From contig CAWCOL010000009.1 of assembly GCA_963797175.1 (NCBI GenBank), forward strand, positions 588,585 through 652,584: a stretch of 64,000 bases of DNA, written 5' to 3'. Below are positions 36,430 to 43,400 of this stretch, piece after piece (the stretch's first letter is position 1; each line of letters begins with the position of its first letter). A program made the translations under genes and the position numbers. This stretch comes from an uncultured Actinomycetes bacterium. Lineage in GTDB: Bacteria > Actinomycetota > Thermoleophilia > Gaiellales > JAICJC01. The notes under the pieces were generated by a model. That model was not told where the DNA came from and made no database searches. It saw only the letters and a program-made list of their open reading frames with translations.

Positions 36430-38172
36430 GTGATCTCTACCGCACACATCCCGTACCGGACGACGAACGTCGTCACCTGGATCGGCCGGCGCCTGCCCCG
36501 TGGTTGGGCGGATCTCGGCCTCCAGCTGGCGGTGTTCGCGCTGTTCGACGTGCTCTACGAGCTGAGCCGGATCCTTGCGACCGGCGACCGCGGCGCGGCC
36601 CTGAGCCACTCGCAGTCGATCGTCTCGGCAGAGCGCAGCCTCGGGATGTTTCACGAGCTGGACGTGCAGCACTGGGCGATGAACGCACCCGGGATCGTCC
36701 TGGACGTCGCGAACTGGACGTACTTCAACTGCCAGTTCACGATCAGCTTCGGGTTCCTGTTCTGGGTCTACCTGCGGCGGAACGAGGCATTCCCGCTCGT
36801 CCGCAACATCTTCATCGTCGCCAACGCGATCGGCCTGGTGGGCTACATGCTCTACCCGGCCGCACCGCCGCGGATGCTGACCGGCCTCGGCTTCGTGGAC
36901 ACGCTGCACAGCACGGGGGTCAATCACGACTCCGGGGCGATCCACGCCCTGGCGAACCCCTACGCGGCCATGCCCAGCCTGCACACCGCCTACGCGCTGA
37001 TCGTCGGCACGTCGGCCGTGCTGCTGGTGCGCAACCGCATCCTCCGTGCGCTCTGGGTGTTCTACCCGGCGCTGGTCGTGTTCTCGATCGTCACCACGGC
37101 CAATCACTTCTTCCTCGACGCGGCCGGCGGCGCAGTCGTGGCGGGCACCGCCACGCTGGTCGTCATCGCGGCCCGCAGGCGCAGCCGCCGGATGGCTGCT
37201 GCGCTGGTGGCGGCGCCGGTCGCGTCGTTTCTGGTTTATCGCATGGCCGGCCAGGTGAGCGGGGTCGCCGACGCCCTTCGGGCCGTCGCCCTCGGCTCCC
37301 TGCTGCTGGCCGCCCTCGCCAACCTGGCCAGCGTGTGGCTGAAGACCGCCGTCTGGCAGCGCGCCCTTGGCGCCCTCCCCGGCGCGCCGCGGCTTGGCTA
37401 CCGGGCGCTGCTGCCGGCCGTCTTCATCGGCTTTCTCTTCAACACGGTGCTCGCGGCCCGGCTGGGCGAGGTGGCACGCGGACTGGTGCTGCACCGCCGG
37501 GCCCGGGCCGAGGGCACCGAGATCGGCGCAGCGGCCATCGCCGGCACGCTCGTCGCCGAGCAGCTCGTGCTCGGCATCTCGCTCGCGCTGCTGGGCGGGC
37601 TGCTGACCGTGACGATTGTCGATCTGCCGGGCTGGGCGGCCACCAGCCTGGTGGGCCTCGGCGCCTTCCTGATGGGCGTCGTGGTCGCCGGATACCTGGC
37701 CAGGCGCGCGGGATTGCGACTCCCCTCCTCGCTCGCGCGCCTGGCCGGGCCGGCACGAGGCGCCATGGACGGCGCGTCGTCGCTCGCCCGCCACCCGCGG
37801 CAGGCGGCGATCGCGATCGTGCTCGGCATGCTCTCCTGGATCGCGCAGCTGGCCGGGATCTGGTGGACGCTGGCCGCGTTCGGGCTGCCCCACGGGGTCG
37901 AGGTCTCGGCCGCCGTGTTCCTCGTCTCGACGCTGGTCGGGATCTTCCCGCTCATGCCCGGCAACGTCGGCGTCTTCCAGTTCGCCGTCGCCGGCGTCCT
38001 GGCATCGTCCTACGGCGTGGCCGCGGCGCCCGGTGCGGCGTTCGCGATCGGCCTCCAGGGCACCGAGGTGCTGCTGGGCGCCGGCATCGGCATGCTGTTC
38101 CTGGCGGTCGAGGGCATCAGCTTCGCGGAGGTGCGCGACCGCGCGTCCCTCCCCGCCAGCATCAACCGCTAG
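36430..38172 (+). CDS. fusion membrane protein: PAP2-like (PAP2_3 / IPC-synthase-like) domain + lysylphosphatidylglycerol-synthase TM (flippase-like, UPF0104) domain
   Basis: The N-terminal half contains YPAAPPRM..NPYAAMPSLHTAYAL, typical of PAP2_3. The C-terminal half contains FIGFLFNTVLAARLGEVAR..PGNVGVFQFAVAGVL, typical of LPG_synthase_TM. It is a single uninterrupted 580-aa ORF. Confidence 0.7.
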   Translation: MISTAHIPYRTTNVVTWIGRRLPRGWADLGLQLAVFALFDVLYELSRILATGDRGAALSHSQSIVSAERSLGMFHELDVQHWAMNAPGIVLDVANWTYFNCQFTISFGFLFWVYLRRNEAFPLVRNIFIVANAIGLVGYMLYPAAPPRMLTGLGFVDTLHSTGVNHDSGAIHALANPYAAMPSLHTAYALIVGTSAVLLVRNRILRALWVFYPALVVFSIVTTANHFFLDAAGGAVVAGTATLVVIAARRRSRRMAAALVAAPVASFLVYRMAGQVSGVADALRAVALGSLLLAALANLASVWLKTAVWQRALGALPGAPRLGYRALLPAVFIGFLFNTVLAARLGEVARGLVLHRRARAEGTEIGAAAIAGTLVAEQLVLGISLALLGGLLTVTIVDLPGWAATSLVGLGAFLMGVVVAGYLARRAGLRLPSSLARLAGPARGAMDGASSLARHPRQAAIAIVLGMLSWIAQLAGIWWTLAAFGLPHGVEVSAAVFLVSTLVGIFPLMPGNVGVFQFAVAGVLASSYGVAAAPGAAFAIGLQGTEVLLGAGIGMLFLAVEGISFAEVRDRASLPASINR

Positions 38173-38181
38173 CTCGAGCCG

Positions 38182-38979
38182 CTACCCGACCTTGTAGGAG
38201 CGCAGCGCCGTCACGGCGTGGATGCGCGCGATGGCGAACAGGTTGCCGCTCGTGTCCGACTTGACCATGCCGACGCCCGGCGCGAACCACGCGAGCGTGA
38301 CGAACGTCGTGTTCGAGGGGAACGCCTCACCGGCCAGCACCGCACGCAGCCGGATGGTGGTGACGACGCGGACGACCTGCGCGCGGAAGGTTCCCGCCGG
38401 CACCGTCACCGGCCGCACCGCGAGCGCACGGTAGGCGAGGGTCGCCGTCCCCCGGGTCGTGGCCGCATCGCCCTCGAACCGCAGCTTGCCCGCCAGCTGG
38501 TAGGACTGCGTCCAGGTGTCGCCGGGCGACACGGTGCGGGGGAACGTGACGCCGCGAACCTTCCCCGTCGTGATCTTCACCAGCGCGCCGGACGCCGCGT
38601 TGATGCTGCCCGCGACGCCGCCGCCGAACTGGAGGCCGGTGACGCCGTCGGGGCCGCAGCGGTAGTGGGTCAGGCGGCTCAGCTCGGGAAAAGCGCTGGT
38701 GATGACGAAGCCGGATGGGCCGGCGGCGGAGATCGTGTCCCGGTAGCTCGACGCGCCGAAGGAGGCGGTGACGCCGTAGGACCAGGTGTCGCCCTTCCCG
38801 ACCGGCTGGAGCGGTGTCGCGCAGGCGCCCGAGCCCGAGCCGTCGGAGGTGCCGCCGCCGGTCGTGCCCGTGGGCGGGTCGCTCGTCGCCGGCGTCGAGG
38901 AACTGCTGCTGCCGCCGTTGCAGCCGGCCGCCAGAGCGGCGGCGGCCAGGACCAGCACGGCGAGTCGGAGCGGAGCCAT
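38182..38979 (-). CDS. lipoprotein, function unknown
   Basis: Signal peptide plus lipobox MAPLRLAVLVLAAAALAAGC, then a Ser/Gly/Thr linker and a beta-rich body. Confidence 0.75.
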   Translation of the reverse strand: MAPLRLAVLVLAAAALAAGCNGGSSSSSTPATSDPPTGTTGGGTSDGSGSGACATPLQPVGKGDTWSYGVTASFGASSYRDTISAAGPSGFVITSAFPELSRLTHYRCGPDGVTGLQFGGGVAGSINAASGALVKITTGKVRGVTFPRTVSPGDTWTQSYQLAGKLRFEGDAATTRGTATLAYRALAVRPVTVPAGTFRAQVVRVVTTIRLRAVLAGEAFPSNTTFVTLAWFAPGVGMVKSDTSGNLFAIARIHAVTALRSYKVG

Positions 38980-39065
38980 GGCATCCAGGGTACACGGGCG
39001 GGGGTGACACGCCAGACCCCCGGAAGGCGGACGCGCAGGCCGCTGAACCCGCCGATACTGACCGC

Positions 39066-39458
39066 GTGGAGCCCGCGTCCCAACGGCTGTTCGAGTATCC
39101 GCACTGCCCGCTTCGGCGGCGTGCGCACGCGCTCGCCGACCGGCTGCCGGTGATCCGGCCGCTGGCGGGGATGGTGTGGCCCGCGGCCCGCCGCGCCGAC
39201 CGGGTCGAGCTGGCCGCCGACGGCGTCCGCGCCCGCGCGCTGGCCGGCTTCGTCCGCATCGGCTGGGACGAGGTGACCGTCGTCCGCCGCTCGCGCACCT
39301 TCACCGGCAGCGTCAGCGTGGCCGTCGAGGCGCGCTGGCCGCGGCGCCGGATCGAGGTCGTCGAGAGCCTGCCCGGCTTCGAGCAGCTCGTCCGGGCGCT
39401 GCGCGAGCACACGGGCGTCGGCGAGGTGGTCGATCTGGCCGCCCACCGCGCCGCCTGA
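39066..39458 (+). CDS. hypothetical protein
   Basis: 130 aa from the GTG at 39066, with coding-type third positions. No family recognised. Confidence 0.45.
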   Translation: MEPASQRLFEYPHCPLRRRAHALADRLPVIRPLAGMVWPAARRADRVELAADGVRARALAGFVRIGWDEVTVVRRSRTFTGSVSVAVEARWPRRRIEVVESLPGFEQLVRALREHTGVGEVVDLAAHRAA

Positions 39459-39507
39459 GCCACCACCCCCACTTCACAGCGGCGCGCGGTACCCGTACGC
39501 TCGATGC

Positions 39508-39699
39508 GTGAGCACCCTCGACCGCATCGTCGTCACCGCCGATCCGCACGAGCTGCGCGCCGGCGAGGATGGGGTCGTGGACGTCTTCGCATCGCTCCAG
39601 CGCCAGTTCTTCTGGGCCGACACGGTTATCGTGTCCCCTGATGGCACGGACATCGACCGCGACGACGACGAGGTGCTCGAGGGCGAAATCGTCTCGTAG
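39508..39699 (+). CDS. small acidic hypothetical protein (63 aa)
   Basis: GTG start, high G/C third positions and an acidic C-terminus (DIDRDDDEVLEGEIVS). Confidence 0.4.
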   Translation: MSTLDRIVVTADPHELRAGEDGVVDVFASLQRQFFWADTVIVSPDGTDIDRDDDEVLEGEIVS

Positions 39700-39736
39700 C
39701 GCGGGCGACCGCCCGGCCCGCAACCCCGGTGATGGG

Positions 39737-39764
39737 TTGACGGCGGCTCTGGCGGGCGTACCCT
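39737..39764 (+). promoter_or_regulatory. candidate sigma70-type promoter for the surface-protein operon
   Basis: TTGACG (39737-39742), a 16-nt spacer and TACCCT (39759-39764), about 50 nt upstream of the ATG at 39817. Confidence 0.35.
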
Positions 39765-39816
39765 CGAAGTGGTAAACCTACCCAGCTGGGGGGCACGACT
39801 GAGAGGCGGGCGCGGG

Positions 39817-40416
39817 ATGACGCGGGGCAGAGGGCTACTGACAGTGGTGCTGGCAGGACTGCTGCTGCTGTCGACGGCGGCTCCGGCACTCGCCGACAAC
39901 GCCCCACCACCCCCACCACCGCCGCCCGGTGGTGGCGGCGGGAGCAGCGGCGGAGGCTCCTCCGGGGGCGGTTCCTCCGGCGGCGGCTCCAGCGGAGGAT
40001 CGTCGACGACAACCACCACCAGCAGCTCCGGCTCCTCAGGCTCCAGCTCCACGACCAGCACAGGCTCCAGCTCCAGCAACACGACACCGCCTCCGGCCAC
40101 GCACCACAAGAAGCCGAAGGCGCACAAGAAGACCGTCCACAAGGCGAAGCCCAAGCCGCCCGTTCCGCTCCCCAGCGGCCAGCCCGCCGACCACCACGCC
40201 GAAATCGCCAGCAGCCTTCCCACAGTGACAGCGATCTCCACCATCTCGAGCGCGACCGTCGCGACCCCGGCGACGCCGTCGTCGATGACCTCGAACGCCG
40301 TCTGGATCGTGGTGGGCGCAGCCGCCGTCCCGCTCGTCCTGATCGCCGCCTTCGCCGCGCTCCGGCCGTCATTCCGACGGCGGGCCGCCCAGCGCAGCAG
40401 GCCCGTCGCCCGTTAG
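39817..40416 (+). CDS. low-complexity secreted protein with C-terminal membrane anchor
   Basis: Signal peptide MTRGRGLLTVVLAGLLLLSTAAPALA. It continues with P8, (GGGSS)n, a Ser/Thr tract, a basic HHKKPKAHKKTVHKAKPKPP tract, a C-terminal TM helix and an RRRAAQRSR tail. Confidence 0.7.
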   Translation: MTRGRGLLTVVLAGLLLLSTAAPALADNAPPPPPPPPGGGGGSSGGGSSGGGSSGGGSSGGSSTTTTTSSSGSSGSSSTTSTGSSSSNTTPPPATHHKKPKAHKKTVHKAKPKPPVPLPSGQPADHHAEIASSLPTVTAISTISSATVATPATPSSMTSNAVWIVVGAAAVPLVLIAAFAALRPSFRRRAAQRSRPVAR

Positions 40417-40429
40417 ATCGAGGAGCAGC

Positions 40430-43400
40430 ATGAAATCTCGCCGCCGTATCGTCGCGCTCGTCGCCGTCCTCTCTGGGCTCGCCCTGGCCGCCCAGAGCGC
40501 CCAGGCGACCGTCGGGCCTGTCGGCTTCGACCCACCCACCGGGGTGGCGTTCGGCGCGCATGCGGCCGGCACGACGACGGCCCAGACGGTGACGCTGACG
40601 AACGAGGGCGACGAGGATCTCGTGTTCGACGCGGCCGGCGTCTCGCTGTCCGGCACCAACGCCGACCAGTTCGCGCTCGCGAACGACACCTGCTCCGGCG
40701 CGACGGTGCCCGCCGGACTGACCTGCACCTTCGACGTGCGGTTCTCGCCCACCACGCACGTGGACGCGACCGCGGCCGTCTCCTTCTCGGCCAACGTTGC
40801 CGTCGCCGACTACCCGCTGTCCGGCACCGGCCAGGCCGGCGAGATCACCGAGAGCGCGATCCCCGTGTTCCCCAAGCGCGACGTCGGCACCGTCAGCCCG
40901 CCTCGCAACGTCACCATCCGCAACGTGGGCAACATCCCGGTCACGGTGGGCACACCGTCCACGGGCAACGCCGCGTTCGTCATCCAGAGCACGACCTGCG
41001 CCGGCGCCGTGCTCGCCCCCAACGCCATCTGCCGCGTGATGCTGGCCTTCGCGCCGCTCAGCCCCGGCGTTTTCAACGACGCGCTGACCGTCCCCAGCGA
41101 CGCCAACACGGCGATCGGGGCGCTCTCCGGCACCGGCATCCAGGGCGCGGTCACGATCACGCCCGCATCGCACGCGCTGACGTTCACCTCGCAGGTCGGC
41201 GTGGCCAGCGGTGAGCAGCAGATCAAGCTGAAGAACACCGGCAACTCGTCGGTGACGATCACCGCCCACACCACGCCGGGCGGCGATTTCACGGTCAGCT
41301 CCGACACGTGCACCGGCGTCACCCTGGCCGGCGCCGCGACCTGCGCGATCGGCGTCAAGTTCACGCCCAGCGGGCCCGGCGCGGCCACGGAGCAGTCGAT
41401 CGACATCTCCTACACCGGCGCGGCCGACACCCACCAGACCGTCACCCTCGACGGCACCGGCACCCAGGGCACCGTCAACGTCTCGACCACCGCGATCACG
41501 TTCCCGGACACCCCGGTCGGGCAGACCAGCATGAGCATCCCGATCACGGTCACGAACAACGGCAGCGCCGACGTGACCATGGGCACGGCGAGCCTCCCCG
41601 CCGGCGACTTCCAGATCGCGACCGACAACTGCTCGGGGAACACGGTGCATGCGGGCGGCGACACCTGCGCGATCCGCGTCAGCTTCACGCCGTCGGCCGC
41701 AGGCGCCTCGGCGGAGCGCACCGTCACGATCGCCTACACCGGCGCCCCGGGTTCGCCCCAGGCCGTCACGCTGGACGGCAACGGCATCCAGGGCACCGTC
41801 GGCATCAACCCGGCCGACGGCAACATCGACTTCCCCGACACGGTGGTCGGGCAGAGCAGCAACGACGCGATCGTCGTCACCAACAACGGCAGCGCCACGG
41901 TGCACATCACCGGGCCGATCGCACAGCCCGGAGCGCCGTTCAGCATCGTCGCCACCGCCTGCGCCAACAAGGACCTCGCGCCGGGCGGCTCGTGCACGAT
42001 CCCCGTCACCTTCACCCCCACCGCGCGCGGCGCGGCAGCGACCGGCACCGTCACGGTCGCCTACACCGGCGCGCCCGGCTCGCCTCAGAGCGTCACCCTG
42101 GACGGCAACGGCCTGCGCGGCGTGCTGGGCACCAACAAAACTGCGATCGCGTTCCCGCCGACCGCGCTCGGCACCACCTCGAACAGCAGCGTGACCGTCT
42201 CGAACACCGGTGACGCCGACATGCACGTGGCGGCGCCCGCCGCCCCGGGCGGCGACTTCTCGGTGGACGCCAGCAACTGCACCGCCGCCGTGCTGCACCC
42301 GGGCGACACCTGCTCGGTGGGCGTCACCTATGCGCCCTCGGCGATCGGGGCTTCGGCAGGCAAGACGCTGACGATCACCTCGGCCGACGCGGACGGCTCG
42401 CCCAAGACGGTCAACCTGACGGGCTCCGGCACCGCCGGCGGCACCGTCGGCGTCACGCCGGGCACGCTGCCCTTCGGCCAGGTGCCGGTGACCACCGACA
42501 GCGCCGGCCAGACCGTGACCGTCAAGAACTCCGGCACCGCGCCGGTGACGATGGGCGCCGTCAGCGCGTCGGGCAGCCAGTACCAGGTGACCAACGGCTG
42601 CGCCGGCAAGACGCTCGCAATCAGCGGCGCCGCCGCTTCCTGCACGATCACCGTCGCGTTCGCGCCGACCGCGACCGGCGCCGACCCCCAGACGCTGACG
42701 ATCGCCTACGCCGGCGCCGACACGACGCAGTCCACGGTCGCACTGACCGGCACCGGCACCCAGGCCGTGATCGGCGTCTCGCCGGGGACCATCCCCTTTG
42801 ACCCGCAGCCGGTCGGCACGACCAGCCCCGCGCAGACGATCACCGTCACCAACAGCGGCACCGCCGACACGACGATGGGCACCGTCTCGCTCCCGTCCGG
42901 GCCGTACGCGATCACCGCCGACAACTGCTCGGGCAACGTCGTCCATGCGGGCGGCGACACCTGCATCGTCAAGGTCGCGTTCACCCCGACCGTGAACGGC
43001 GCCGCGCCCAGCCGTCTGCTCTCGATCCCGTTCTCGGGCGGCGGCGCGGCCAACTCGCCGAAGACGGTGAACCTCTCCGGCAGCGGCACGCCGGGCGGCA
43101 GCATCGCCGTCACGCCGGGCACGCTCGCCTTCGGCCAGGTGCCGGTCGGGACGACCAGCGCCGGCCAGACGGTCACCGTCACGAACTCGGGCACCGACGT
43201 CGTCGTGATGGGCGCCGTCGCGCTCCCGGCCGGCTCCGACTACCAGCTGACGAACGGCTGCGCGGGCGTCACGCTGGCCACCAGCGGCGCAGCGGCCAAG
43301 TGCACGATCACCGTCGCGTTCAAGCCCACGGCGATCGGCACCGACCCCGACACGCTGACGGTCAAGTACACCGGCGCCGACACGACGCAGGCCACTGTCG

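Noticed and set aside
40216-40233. LPTVTA as a sortase LPXTG sorting signal in the low-complexity protein
   Set aside because: The Gly is missing and the motif lies more than 25 residues upstream of the TM helix instead of directly before it. No sortase gene is in the window.
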